Assembly (NCBI GenBank): GCA_002712715.1
Contig: PAUF01000007.1
Location: forward strand, 450,134-514,133
Direction: 5' to 3'
Source: Flavobacteriales bacterium
GTDB taxonomy: Bacteria > Bacteroidota > Bacteroidia > Flavobacteriales > BACL11
Length of the DNA stretch: 64,000 nucleotides
A program made the translations under genes and the position numbers. Under the pieces are notes generated by a model. It did no database searches, was not told the origin of the DNA, and saw only the letters and a program-made list of their open reading frames with translations. Shown in pieces: positions 38,927 to 48,485 of the stretch (its first letter is position 1; each line of letters begins with the position of its first letter).

Positions 38927-40186
38927 TTAACTATTTAATTCGATTCTAATTACCTTAATACTTTTTTCATCAACCTGATCAATTGTAATTAATTTATTTT
39001 CAAATTGTATGCTAACTCCATTTTCAGGAAGGTCTTCATAAATTGAAAGAAACATACCAGCAATAGTTTCATATTCTTCAGATTCTGGTAAATCTAAATT
39101 ATATTTGTCATTAATTTGGTCCACTTCCATTCTTGAAGAAAAAAGAAATTCAGTTTCAGATATTTTTTCATCAATTACAATACCAACATCATGTTCATCT
39201 TCAATTTCTCCTACAATTTCCTCCGTAACATCTTCAACTGTTACTAATCCTGATGTACCCCCAAATTCATCAACCACTAATGCAATACTTTTATTTGAAG
39301 TAATAAACTTATTTAACATTTCGTTTGCAGGAAGACTTTCTGTTACAATAGGAATAGGAAGCAAAATTGATCTAATTGTTATAGGTTTTTTAAATAAATC
39401 TGAGGAATGAACATAACCAATAATATTATCAATATTGCCTTTGTATACTGGAATTTTTGTAAACTTAGTCTCAATAAAAATTTTTTTTAAATTATTAATA
39501 TTATCCTTAATATTAATTACTGCTAAATCCGCTCTTGGAACCATACATTCTCTAATTCTTATATTAGAAAGTTCCAAAGCATTTTGAAGCATTTCAACTT
39601 CATTATTATTATTTTTAGAATCATTATTATGTAACAAACCATCTAAGTATTCATCTAAGTCCAATCTGCTAAATATTTGTTTTACTTGTTCTATTTTAAT
39701 TCTAAATATGAACTTTAATACAAACTCAGAAATTAATAGTGTGATTGCTACTATTGGAAAAAGTAAAAAATAAAAAAATGTTAGTGGTATAGAAAATATT
39801 CTAATCATATAATTAGGATTAATACGAAAAATCACTTTAGGGATAAATTCAGCAATCACTAATACTATTACTGTAGAAATTAATGTTTGTATTAAAAGAC
39901 TAATCAATTCCCCATATCCATAAAACAATGGATGTAAAATTGGATCCAGCGTATCAGCCATATACATACTAAACAATACTAAAGCAATATTATTTCCAAT
40001 AAGCATTGTTGCAATGAAATTTGATTCATCTTTTGTTAAGATGGAAATGATTTTAGAAATAAATGATCCTGAAGCTCTATCTAATTGTAATTTTAACTTA
40101 TTTAATGAAACAAAAGCAATTTCTATTCCAGAGAAAAAAGCTGAAAACAATAATGTAACTATGATAATGGATAATGTGTAGGACAT
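38927..40186 (-). CDS. CNNM/DUF21-CBS-CorC_HlyC family protein (hemolysin-like), paralog of GldE
   Basis: Same architecture as 5543..6874: TM domain, CBS pair (ECMVPRADLAVI...IPVYKG), and a C-terminal CorC domain. Confidence 0.8.
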   Translation of the reverse strand: MSYTLSIIIVTLLFSAFFSGIEIAFVSLNKLKLQLDRASGSFISKIISILTKDESNFIATMLIGNNIALVLFSMYMADTLDPILHPLFYGYGELISLLIQTLISTVIVLVIAEFIPKVIFRINPNYMIRIFSIPLTFFYFLLFPIVAITLLISEFVLKFIFRIKIEQVKQIFSRLDLDEYLDGLLHNNDSKNNNNEVEMLQNALELSNIRIRECMVPRADLAVINIKDNINNLKKIFIETKFTKIPVYKGNIDNIIGYVHSSDLFKKPITIRSILLPIPIVTESLPANEMLNKFITSNKSIALVVDEFGGTSGLVTVEDVTEEIVGEIEDEHDVGIVIDEKISETEFLFSSRMEVDQINDKYNLDLPESEEYETIAGMFLSIYEDLPENGVSIQFENKLITIDQVDEKSIKVIRIELNS

Positions 40187-40188
40187 AT

Positions 40189-40722
40189 TTAAAATTCTGG
40201 AAAATTATTAATTGTAGACCTATTAACTCCTATAAATCTTGGATTTGTAAAGTCAAGATTAGATCTAAACTGATCTGCATTAATTGTATCTTTATTCTCA
40301 GTAATTACTGAAACATATGCATCAGAATAAATTAAACTTTCTGTCCTATCCAAGAATAATTCTTCCGTTGATAATGACTGACTATCATTAAACAACAATA
40401 CAGATCCTTTAGCTGTCATCATGTTTTTCAATTCATCTAACATTATTTCATTACAGTTTAAGCTAGTACTAACTTGAGCTCCTTTATAAAAATGTATTAC
40501 AACATCCCCATAAAAATAAGTATTTCCATTGTCAAATTTATGCATAACATTAGATGATATTGATAATTTAAGATCCCCATTTTGAGTAATCATTATCTCT
40601 GGTTCTAATACTTCCTTAAAAGGCATATCTCCTTCGTTAACAAAATTTGCTATATTTTCCTGAGAATTTTCACAAGAAATTAAAATCAAAAAAATAAATA
40701 TTAAATTACTTTTTAACACCAA
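40189..40722 (-). CDS. lptC: LptC-like lipoprotein (LPS export, periplasmic component)
   Basis: 177 aa with lipobox LILISC and beta-rich sequence. The position between the CNNM gene and the TPR gene matches the arrangement I recall in Flavobacteriia. No strong motif. Confidence 0.4.
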   Translation of the reverse strand: MVLKSNLIFIFLILISCENSQENIANFVNEGDMPFKEVLEPEIMITQNGDLKLSISSNVMHKFDNGNTYFYGDVVIHFYKGAQVSTSLNCNEIMLDELKNMMTAKGSVLLFNDSQSLSTEELFLDRTESLIYSDAYVSVITENKDTINADQFRSNLDFTNPRFIGVNRSTINNFPEF

Positions 40723-40726
40723 AATA

Positions 40727-41998
40727 TTAATCTCTAGTTCTCACGATAGTCGTTCGATTGACCCAGCATCCTACTTTGTAACTAGACCCATCTTCCAAAT
40801 CATTAAAAAAACAATCTTCCTTTGAAGGGAAATACTTAGAATAAGTAGCAATCTTTCGATTAGCTTTCTCACTCAAAGCATTGTCAACACGCTTTGCTTT
40901 TCTATACATATCAACAGCAACCCAATATAATGAGCCTCTTTCCAAAGCTGTTTCCCCACATTTATTCGAAGAACTAGCATAAATATCACCAAGCATTAAA
41001 TATGGTTCTCCCCATTCTGGTTTTAATTCAGATGCTTTCAAAACCGTAGATCTAGCAATAGAATATTTTCCCTGCATTTGATATACATAAGAAAGTCTTA
41101 AAAAATAGCTAGCTCTAATACTAATATCATTTTCTAATTCTATCGCTTCCTCAAAATATGTTTGTGCTTTAACATAATCTTTATTATTTATACTAATATT
41201 CCCCATATTATATGAACTTGAAGAAGATGGAGAAAGTTTATGAAGAGTCAATGTAGCTTGCTGAAAAACCTCATTCTCTGTACAATCTTTCTTTTCTAAT
41301 AAATTAATAATCTTACTTAACAAATTAATATCTGTAATACCCAATTCTAATCTTTTTGAAAACACTGGCAGTAAATCCTCGCATGAAGCATATGGAGCAA
41401 ATAAACTTTCAATATTACCCAACGCCTTTTGGTAAAATTTTTCATACTTTTTATTGTTTTCTAAATTATACGATATAATACTATTAGTTAATACATAAGC
41501 TTCTAAGACTTCTTGTTTGGTAACATATTCCTTAGACTTTTCACATTGTATTAAAGACTTAAAGTATGCGACAATAACATTTGGCAAAGAAGCATTGCCA
41601 ATCATATCTATTGAAACTTTTAACATATCATACGCTTCTTTATGTCTAGAAGGATCATATTTATATAAATCAGCGCCCTTATTTCCTAATACATACTCTC
41701 TTCTTCCAAAATTTTCTATTCTTGAATCATGTATCATCATTATTGTATCCAAATAAATCATTTTATTAGGCTTATCTTTTTTTATCATATGATAATATAA
41801 CTTTGGCCCGTCTACAAAAGTATTCTGATTATACTCAGGACAATTGTTATAAACATTTCTCCATTTTTTTATAGCTTCATCATAATCTTTTTGTTTATAA
41901 TTATTTCTATAAATCGCGTAATCCTGTTCACACTGACTTTGAGCGATTATTTCAGAACCACAAAAAAACATCAAGGATATTATTATAAAATTCTTCAT
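40727..41998 (-). CDS. TPR-repeat protein, exported
   Basis: Signal peptide and several TPR-like A..Y..A / W..L..Y repeats (for example YVKAQTYFEEAIEL, GKYSIARSTVLKASELKP). Confidence 0.6.
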   Translation of the reverse strand: MKNFIIISLMFFCGSEIIAQSQCEQDYAIYRNNYKQKDYDEAIKKWRNVYNNCPEYNQNTFVDGPKLYYHMIKKDKPNKMIYLDTIMMIHDSRIENFGRREYVLGNKGADLYKYDPSRHKEAYDMLKVSIDMIGNASLPNVIVAYFKSLIQCEKSKEYVTKQEVLEAYVLTNSIISYNLENNKKYEKFYQKALGNIESLFAPYASCEDLLPVFSKRLELGITDINLLSKIINLLEKKDCTENEVFQQATLTLHKLSPSSSSSYNMGNISINNKDYVKAQTYFEEAIELENDISIRASYFLRLSYVYQMQGKYSIARSTVLKASELKPEWGEPYLMLGDIYASSSNKCGETALERGSLYWVAVDMYRKAKRVDNALSEKANRKIATYSKYFPSKEDCFFNDLEDGSSYKVGCWVNRTTIVRTRD

Positions 41999-42001
41999 TT
42001 T

Positions 42002-43309
42002 TTAATTGTATTTACGTTTAACAAACCAAATTCCCTTAAAAGTAATTCCTAACATTACTCTTAAATACCTTTCTTTAATTAATTTATAATTAGTCTTTGT
42101 GGAGAAGAAATAATTATCAGCTGCTGATATTCCTCTTTCACCAACCTCAAAACTTAAATTATAGAATGTGTTACTGCGTTTTACTGGCATTCCTAAACCA
42201 AAAGAAATCGATCTTTCTAAAAAAGGATCACCTGTAAGATTAACATAAGATTTCTGAAATTTTGTGCCAAATCTATAATTAACTGTTTGCCAAAACTTAT
42301 TAATTGATTCCACGTTAGGGGTGAATTGCGTACCAATAGATAGTCTGATACTATTATTCAAGGAGTCTGTAAAGATATCGTCGTTATATATAATGTTAAA
42401 ATTTTTCCAATCAGAATATGAATAATTCGCATAAACGTGCCATCTACTATTCAAATATGAAAAACCAAAAGATAAATCTCTAGGCAGCGTTATAGATCCT
42501 GTATCTACCACATTTAAAAATGTATCCTTTACAGATAGTACATCATTAACGATTTCATAAGTATTACCTAATAAAGTTCTTTTAGATTGCACACTAGAGC
42601 TAGGAGAATAAGTTAAACCAAAATTGATTTCCTGATCATTACTAAGTCTTTTTCTATAAATCATTCCTGATTTCAATAAATAGCCACTAATATTTGTCCT
42701 ATCTAATGACTGAGTATTGAAAATATTAGGGTCATTAAAATTTAGCATTCTATCTCTATTAATGCCCCCGAAAAGATACGAAATATTAACTCCAATATGT
42801 AAATCCTTTGTTATTTTATATGAACTACCAATGTAGTAATTATTGACTCCACCATTTCCAGAATATAAATAATCAACGTCACCTAATAATGGATCATTTT
42901 CGCGATTTTCAATTAGATAGCCAACCTCGCTAAATGGTAAAATTCCAGTACTCAAGGAAAAATTACTAATAAGCGGCATTAAAACAGATATGTGACCTAA
43001 CTGTGTATTATTTGTAGATTGATTTAAGCTATTTGTTGAAAAAACACTAGAGTGAGAAACTAAAGACGTAGATAATAAAAATGATTTTGTTTTCACAGAA
43101 GAATAAGTAGCTGGATTATTAAAATTAATAGTATGTTCATCACTATATACCACCGATGTCCCACCAATTGCTGATTGGTCTGGTGATATAGACTCAGATA
43201 AACTACCCATTCCAAACCTAGAGTATGGGGAGCTTGTGGTTGATTGAGCAAATAAATCAATAGAAATCATACTTGATAGTAACAGAGAAAATATTCTTAA
43301 TTTATGCAT
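42002..43309 (-). CDS. putative outer-membrane beta-barrel protein
   Basis: Signal peptide, N-terminal SPYSRFGMGSL motif, and alternating hydrophobic beta-strand pattern throughout. Function unknown. Confidence 0.4.
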   Translation of the reverse strand: MHKLRIFSLLLSSMISIDLFAQSTTSSPYSRFGMGSLSESISPDQSAIGGTSVVYSDEHTINFNNPATYSSVKTKSFLLSTSLVSHSSVFSTNSLNQSTNNTQLGHISVLMPLISNFSLSTGILPFSEVGYLIENRENDPLLGDVDYLYSGNGGVNNYYIGSSYKITKDLHIGVNISYLFGGINRDRMLNFNDPNIFNTQSLDRTNISGYLLKSGMIYRKRLSNDQEINFGLTYSPSSSVQSKRTLLGNTYEIVNDVLSVKDTFLNVVDTGSITLPRDLSFGFSYLNSRWHVYANYSYSDWKNFNIIYNDDIFTDSLNNSIRLSIGTQFTPNVESINKFWQTVNYRFGTKFQKSYVNLTGDPFLERSISFGLGMPVKRSNTFYNLSFEVGERGISAADNYFFSTKTNYKLIKERYLRVMLGITFKGIWFVKRKYN

Positions 43310-44009
43310 TGTATTCTAAAATTCTGTTTAAACCTTTGATTAATAAATGTTCATCTGCAAATATGGTGTTTTTAAACTCTTTTTCAAAGAAAAATGCATC
43401 TCCACCTGTAATAATAACGAGTAAATCATCATTTTCTTTTTTTATCACATTAATAATCTCTTGTATTTCAGAAACTATACCATTTTGCACCCCAGAAATA
43501 ATACAGTTTTTGGTATTCATTCCTAAAAAGTCATAATCCTTATTCTTTTCTAGAAAAGGAAGTTTCGAAGTATAATCAAAAAGAGAACGATATCTTAACA
43601 TAATGCCTGGGGAAATTCTTCCTCCTCTATAATTAGAATTATTGTCAATATAATCAAATGTTATACATGTACCTGCATCTATTATCAATATATTATTATT
43701 CCTATGTAATTCAGTTGCCCCTACAATGGCGGCAATCCTGTCAGCTCCAAGAGTTTCCTTGTTTGAATAAATAATATTAAATGGAATTTTAGTTTTATGA
43801 GAAAGTTCAAATACACTAGATGTTTTTAAATTATAAGATATTTTTTCTCTAACTGAAGAGATTATACATGATGATACTTTATAATCTTTTATTACTTGAT
43901 TAGCAATATCATTATCAAAATCTTTATCTTTTAAAAAATAAATAATATCGTTATTGCTAAATACAGCGTACTTAACGAACGTATTTCCTATATCTATAAT
44001 TAAATTCAT
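43302..44009 (-). CDS. coaX: type III pantothenate kinase
   Basis: MNLIIDIGNTFVKYAVF (ASKHA phosphate-1), ...GADRIAAIVGA..., ...IIDAGTCITFD.... Length is 235 aa. Confidence 0.9.
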   Translation of the reverse strand: MNLIIDIGNTFVKYAVFSNNDIIYFLKDKDFDNDIANQVIKDYKVSSCIISSVREKISYNLKTSSVFELSHKTKIPFNIIYSNKETLGADRIAAIVGATELHRNNNILIIDAGTCITFDYIDNNSNYRGGRISPGIMLRYRSLFDYTSKLPFLEKNKDYDFLGMNTKNCIISGVQNGIVSEIQEIINVIKKENDDLLVIITGGDAFFFEKEFKNTIFADEHLLIKGLNRILEYNA

Positions 44010-44027
44010 TCAGAAAGTTCCTGTTTT

Positions 44028-44035
44028 CAAAGTTA
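44028..44035 (-). promoter_or_regulatory. -7 box TAACTTTG, 18 nt upstream of coaX
   Basis: Exact TAnnTTTG match on the minus strand. Confidence 0.4.
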
Positions 44036-44094
44036 ATAATGTTTTACTATAGTTTAATAAATTTGAAAATATTTCTCTAAATAAAAAAAACAAG

Positions 44095-44102
44095 TAAATT
44101 TG
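44095..44102 (+). promoter_or_regulatory. -7 box TAAATTTG, 18 nt upstream of tRNA-Phe
   Basis: Exact TAnnTTTG match. No other gene lies between it and the tRNA. Confidence 0.45.
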
Positions 44103-44120
44103 CACAAATCAAGAAATGAT

Positions 44121-44193
44121 GGTACCATAGCTCAGTTGGTAGAGCAATGGACTGAAAATCCATGTGTCCCTGGTTCGAATCCTGGTGGTACCA
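44121..44193 (+). tRNA. tRNA-Phe (anticodon GAA)
   Basis: Manual cloverleaf: acceptor GGTACCA/TGGTACC, D stem GCTC/GAGC, anticodon stem ATGGA/TCCAT with loop CTGAAAA, variable loop GTGTC, T arm CCTGG-TTCGAAT-CCTGG (one U-U mismatch), discriminator A. CCA is not encoded. Confidence 0.95.
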
Positions 44194-44197
44194 CAAC

Positions 44198-44230
44198 AAA
44201 GTGTCCCTAATATCTTAGGGACACTTTTTA
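44198..44230 (+). terminator. rho-independent terminator after tRNA-Phe
   Basis: 13-bp perfect stem AAAGTGTCCCTAA / TTAGGGACACTTT with loop TATC, running into TTTTT. Confidence 0.85.
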
Positions 44231-44362
44231 CAAAAAATCAATATTTATCTATACTATAATGAGATATATTATTAAAACAAACTCTATAAAATACTTAGAT
44301 AAATTTATAAAAATGTTATTCATTCATTTAATTTTATCAAAAAATTGATTAGAATTATTTTA

Positions 44363-44370
44363 TAAATTTG
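44363..44370 (+). promoter_or_regulatory. -7 box TAAATTTG, 16 nt upstream of the family-A gene 1 ATG
   Basis: Exact TAnnTTTG match. A TTG lies 15 nt further upstream at 44345..44347. Confidence 0.5.
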
Positions 44371-44386
44371 CCAGAAAACATAATTG

Positions 44387-45211
44387 ATGTTAAAACACCT
44401 GTTCTTAATTATTTTTCTTTTTATATGTTTCAAAGGATTTTCCCAATGCGTGCCAAATACAATATATCAGGATTCTACAGGAAACATATGGCCAAAAACA
44501 GGGTTTTCTGATGGTAACATAGGACAGTATTACTATAACTTTTGGGACATGAAAGCACCTACAACTCTAATAGAAGCTGCGCAAGGAGATACTGCTTTTG
44601 TAACTGTAGACACTTTTGGAAGCATAATCTATATTGGTGACTGGCCAGTTGATAGTGTTGTCACTATAGATATACATAACCTTCCACCAGGCATATCTGT
44701 AGACTGCACATTTCCAAACTGTACATATGAGGGTGGTGATATCGGATGTGCTAATATTCAAGGATACCCCACTAGTCCAGGCTATTACAACTTAGCTATT
44801 GTTACTAATCTATATACTCATGGAGTTGTTTCAATTACTGTTGGAGGCGTACCTCTAACAATACCAGTTGAACTAGACTACTTCTCAGTTACAGGCACTT
44901 ATGATACTGTTAGTAGATATTCAATTCAAATCAATGAAGCTACATCAATTTACAATCATATAGATCATAATGAAACTCAGATAATTAATGATAATCAAAA
45001 TATTACAATGATTATTCCCTCTAATACAATACAGAAATGCAATATTAATTTAATCAACTCTGTTGGTCAGATAATAGTTAAAAAGAAGGTTTTATTATCT
45101 TATGGAAATAATACTATAAAATTAGATAATATAAATTATAAGGGTATATATATAGCTAATATCCAAAAATTAGGAATACATGAATCTCAATATATAAAAT
45201 TTTATAAATAA
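44387..45211 (+). CDS. secreted T9SS-cargo protein, family A copy 1 (unknown function)
   Basis: Signal peptide ending FSQ, conserved Cys pattern, LPPGISVDC...GGDIGCANIQGYPTSPGYYNL (Ig-like 'PPG..G.PT..G.Y' pattern), and a C-terminal T9SS type-A-like domain. I use the ATG at 44387 instead of the track's TTG at 44384. Confidence 0.7.
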   Translation: MLKHLFLIIFLFICFKGFSQCVPNTIYQDSTGNIWPKTGFSDGNIGQYYYNFWDMKAPTTLIEAAQGDTAFVTVDTFGSIIYIGDWPVDSVVTIDIHNLPPGISVDCTFPNCTYEGGDIGCANIQGYPTSPGYYNLAIVTNLYTHGVVSITVGGVPLTIPVELDYFSVTGTYDTVSRYSIQINEATSIYNHIDHNETQIINDNQNITMIIPSNTIQKCNINLINSVGQIIVKKKVLLSYGNNTIKLDNINYKGIYIANIQKLGIHESQYIKFYK

Positions 45212-45248
45212 AATTAATATCTACTAATATTATAACATAGTTTTACTA

Positions 45249-45266
45249 AATTGCGTTAACGCAATT
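45249..45266. promoter_or_regulatory. perfect 18-bp palindrome AATTGCGTTAACGCAATT (hairpin terminator/attenuator or dimeric operator)
   Basis: Self-complementary over all 18 nt. As RNA it forms a 7-bp stem plus UUAA loop followed by CGUUUUAG. It lies 38 nt after the family-A copy 1 stop and 9 nt before the copy 2 ATG. Confidence 0.6.
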
Positions 45267-45274
45267 CGTTTTAG

Positions 45275-46087
45275 ATGAAATCGTTTTTTACTTACTGTAT
45301 TTTGCTTATATCCTTAGAATGTATTTCTCAATGTGTGCCTGATTCAACATATGGAGATTCATTATCAGGAATTTACCCAACTACAGGGTTTCCATCAGGA
45401 GTGATTGACGAACAATATTATCAAACACTTAATATTCATATACCCTCTACTCTAATTGAAAGTACGCATGGTGATTCATCACAACTGCTAGTAGATACTC
45501 TAGGTCAAACTATATATATCGGAAATTTCATTGTAGATAGTATGATTTTAGTTGAAATCCAAGATATGCCACCAGGAATTACCCTTGAATGCAATAATAT
45601 TGGATGTGTATTCTCTGGCGGAGAAATTGGATGCGCTAATCTAATTGGAAATCCTACGAATACTGGCACATATAATATAAAACCACAATATAATATATAC
45701 TTCAGTGGTGTAATCATTATTAATGCAGGTGGAGTTCCTTTAACTATACCAGTTCAAATGGATTACTTTTCGTATTTTGGAGAATATATTTCTGTAGATA
45801 ATTACTCTATTGAAATCTTGGAACCAACTAGTATTTATGAAAATATTCGAGAAAATCCATATGACATTATAAGTGTAAAAAATAAAATTTTAATACAACC
45901 TAAATATGCAGAGAAAGATCTAAAAATAACCATCCATGATTATTCTGGAAAATCAATATATTCAGAAAAAATCAGAACATTTGATGAAACACCACTGCTT
46001 ATAGAAAATAACTTTATCTCAGGAATATATATAATAATCATTGAAGGAGAATCAAGCAGATATATCAAAAAAATATATATTCAATGA
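45275..46087 (+). CDS. secreted T9SS-cargo protein, family A copy 2 (unknown function)
   Basis: Collinear with 44387..45211 (SQCVP..TY.D...G.YP.TGF..G...YY, PSTLIE, MPPGITLEC...GGEIGCANLIGNPTNTGTYN, GGVPLTIPV..DYFS, YSI.I.E.TSIY). C-terminal T9SS-like domain. Confidence 0.7.
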   Translation: MKSFFTYCILLISLECISQCVPDSTYGDSLSGIYPTTGFPSGVIDEQYYQTLNIHIPSTLIESTHGDSSQLLVDTLGQTIYIGNFIVDSMILVEIQDMPPGITLECNNIGCVFSGGEIGCANLIGNPTNTGTYNIKPQYNIYFSGVIIINAGGVPLTIPVQMDYFSYFGEYISVDNYSIEILEPTSIYENIRENPYDIISVKNKILIQPKYAEKDLKITIHDYSGKSIYSEKIRTFDETPLLIENNFISGIYIIIIEGESSRYIKKIYIQ

Positions 46088-46091
46088 TCTC

Positions 46092-48485
46092 ATGATTATG
46101 AAATCTAATGTAGTTTTATCAATTTTCTTTTCTTTTATTTATTTAAACATTATTGCTCAATCAATTAGTGGAGTAATATTAGACAATGATAAAAACCCTA
46201 TTGAAGGAGCAAATATATATAATGAAAAAGGAAGATCTTGTATTTCAAATAATCTAGGAGAATATGAAATTTCAATTTCGAATGGAGAAAATCTTATCAT
46301 AATTGAACACATTAATTATGAAAAAAAATATATTAATGTTAGTATTATTAACAATCAAAGTCAACATATTAATATTACTCTAATTGAAAGAACAAATCTA
46401 ATTTCAGATATAGAAATTATCTCTCAAAAAATTAAACAAGTTATATCTCCCATTATATCTATGGATATAATTTCTGAAAATTTTTTTGAAAATAAAAGTA
46501 ATGTTGATATTTCAACAATAGTAAATCAGCTTTCTGGCATTAGTTTAAATGACAAGCAAGTACATATTAGAGGGGGAAGTGGATGGAACCCTATTGCGGG
46601 CTCACGAGTTTTATTCCTAATGGATGACAGTCCTATACTTACTGGAAATATGGGGCAAATCCCATGGGATTTAATCCCAATGAACAATATTGAAGAAATA
46701 CAAGTTATTAAAGGAGCGTCTTCTGCAATATATGGGTCTTCAGCTTTAAATGGGGTTATAAATATTAAAACAAAGTTAGCTAATAAAGATCTGACAGAGA
46801 ATCATCCCTCTAGAGGTTATACTAGGATTAATACCCTATTTGGAATTTATGATAATCCTAAACGAAAAGAACTTGTTTGGTGGAATGAATCTCCAAAAAT
46901 TATGAATGTAGATATATTTCATTCGGAAATTATTCACAATACTTCTTATATTTTTTCAGCAAACTATCTAAAAGATGATAGTTATAGAATGGGACAGCAA
47001 ATTGACAGAAAAAGAATTTCTGGTAACGTAAGTCATTTTTCTAATAAGATTAAAGGGCTTAGCTATAAATTACATGCGACTTACATGGAAAAAAAAGATG
47101 GATTATTTCTACTATGGGAAAGCTTCGAAAACGCATATATTCCATTAGATTCAAACATTTACAGAAAGAAATCAAATATCTACCAGATTAACCCTGAAAT
47201 AACTTTCACCAGTTCTATGAGAGGAATACACTCGTTCAAGTCTCAGATTCTGGAATTACAATATTTATTTAATCCACAAGTACTTGAAAGTCAGAGCAAA
47301 ATGTCTTCAAGAATTTATTTTTTAGATTATAAATACTCAAAACAATTCAAAAATCTTGATTTAACCTGTGGAATTAATCAAAAAAAAACAGATGCTAATG
47401 CAGATTTTTTTAGTGGAAACAATCTAGCAAATATTATTTCAATCTATACGTTAATTGAAAAAAAATATAAAAAATTAACAGTTTCTATTGGATCTAGATT
47501 AGAAAACGTCAGTGTAAAAAGTTCTGAAAAATTTAATATAATAGATGATAGCATCAACCATTTTAAAACTAACATACCAATGTTTTATGGAGGCCTTTTA
47601 TACACTATTAATGAAAATGAAAATATTCGTAGCTATTTAGGTCAAGGAGTCAGACTACCTTCAATTGCAGAAATGTTTGTATCTACTAATGGATATGATG
47701 GCACATATCTATACCCTAACCCTTCATTAAAGCCAGAGTCAGGATGGAGTTTTGAGCTTGGATATAATATTTCTAAAAAAAATGAACTTATTCAATTGGA
47801 TCTAGATATAGCCTATTTTTTAATGAGATATGAAAATATGATGGAATTTAGTTTTGAGCAATGGGGTTCTGAATTTGATGAAGCAAATGCTTTTGGATTA
47901 GGATTTAAAACCATAAATGTTGGAAGCACTAAAATCACTGGTATAGAAGCAGAGTTAAAAGCTTTATATTCACTACCTGAAAATACCTACTTGAGTCTAA
48001 ATCTTGGATATACATATATTAATCCCTTAGCTATTGATGGGGACGAAGAATATGAACAAATTAACATATCTGACTCAATTAGATCTATTACATTTAACAA
48101 TAGTAGTTCTGATTCTAGAATATTAAAATATAGATATCAAAATATAATTAAAGCCGATATAAAATTAGAGCAAGGACCTTTCTCAATCCAATTAAACATA
48201 AATTATAATGATTATATGAAAAATATAGATAGATTGTTTACTACTGATCTCATTAATTACGGTTTACCACCATATATAGACCCAATTATTCCAGGAATTA
48301 ATGACTCAAGAAAAAGAAATGAAAATGGTGATCTGATTATTGATTTCGCACTTGGAAGAAACCTTAACAAATTTACAAAAATTAACTTTATAATTAAAAA
48401 TATAACAAATGCAGAAATATATACTAGGCCAACTGATGCTTCATCACCAAGACAATATTTAGTTAAAATTGACTTATCAATATAA
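46092..48485 (+). CDS. TonB-dependent receptor with an N-terminal carboxypeptidase-regulatory-like domain
   Basis: Signal peptide, a CarbopepD_reg-like segment (ISGVILDNDKNPIEGANIY), and a plug domain (VHIRGGSG...LFLMDDSPIL...IEEIQVIKGASSAIYGSSALNGVINIKTK), then a long beta-barrel. The start is at 46092 or 46098, after the upstream stop at 46087; the track's 46041 start overlaps that gene. Confidence 0.85.
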   Translation: MIMKSNVVLSIFFSFIYLNIIAQSISGVILDNDKNPIEGANIYNEKGRSCISNNLGEYEISISNGENLIIIEHINYEKKYINVSIINNQSQHINITLIERTNLISDIEIISQKIKQVISPIISMDIISENFFENKSNVDISTIVNQLSGISLNDKQVHIRGGSGWNPIAGSRVLFLMDDSPILTGNMGQIPWDLIPMNNIEEIQVIKGASSAIYGSSALNGVINIKTKLANKDLTENHPSRGYTRINTLFGIYDNPKRKELVWWNESPKIMNVDIFHSEIIHNTSYIFSANYLKDDSYRMGQQIDRKRISGNVSHFSNKIKGLSYKLHATYMEKKDGLFLLWESFENAYIPLDSNIYRKKSNIYQINPEITFTSSMRGIHSFKSQILELQYLFNPQVLESQSKMSSRIYFLDYKYSKQFKNLDLTCGINQKKTDANADFFSGNNLANIISIYTLIEKKYKKLTVSIGSRLENVSVKSSEKFNIIDDSINHFKTNIPMFYGGLLYTINENENIRSYLGQGVRLPSIAEMFVSTNGYDGTYLYPNPSLKPESGWSFELGYNISKKNELIQLDLDIAYFLMRYENMMEFSFEQWGSEFDEANAFGLGFKTINVGSTKITGIEAELKALYSLPENTYLSLNLGYTYINPLAIDGDEEYEQINISDSIRSITFNNSSSDSRILKYRYQNIIKADIKLEQGPFSIQLNINYNDYMKNIDRLFTTDLINYGLPPYIDPIIPGINDSRKRNENGDLIIDFALGRNLNKFTKINFIIKNITNAEIYTRPTDASSPRQYLVKIDLSI

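Noticed and set aside
44259-44348. 29-aa ORF (MRYIIKTNSIKYLDKFIKMLFIHLILSKN) between the tRNA terminator and the family-A promoter.
   Set aside because: It has no promoter box or distinctive features. It overlaps the region that should hold the upstream promoter elements of family-A gene 1. It is most likely a chance ORF.
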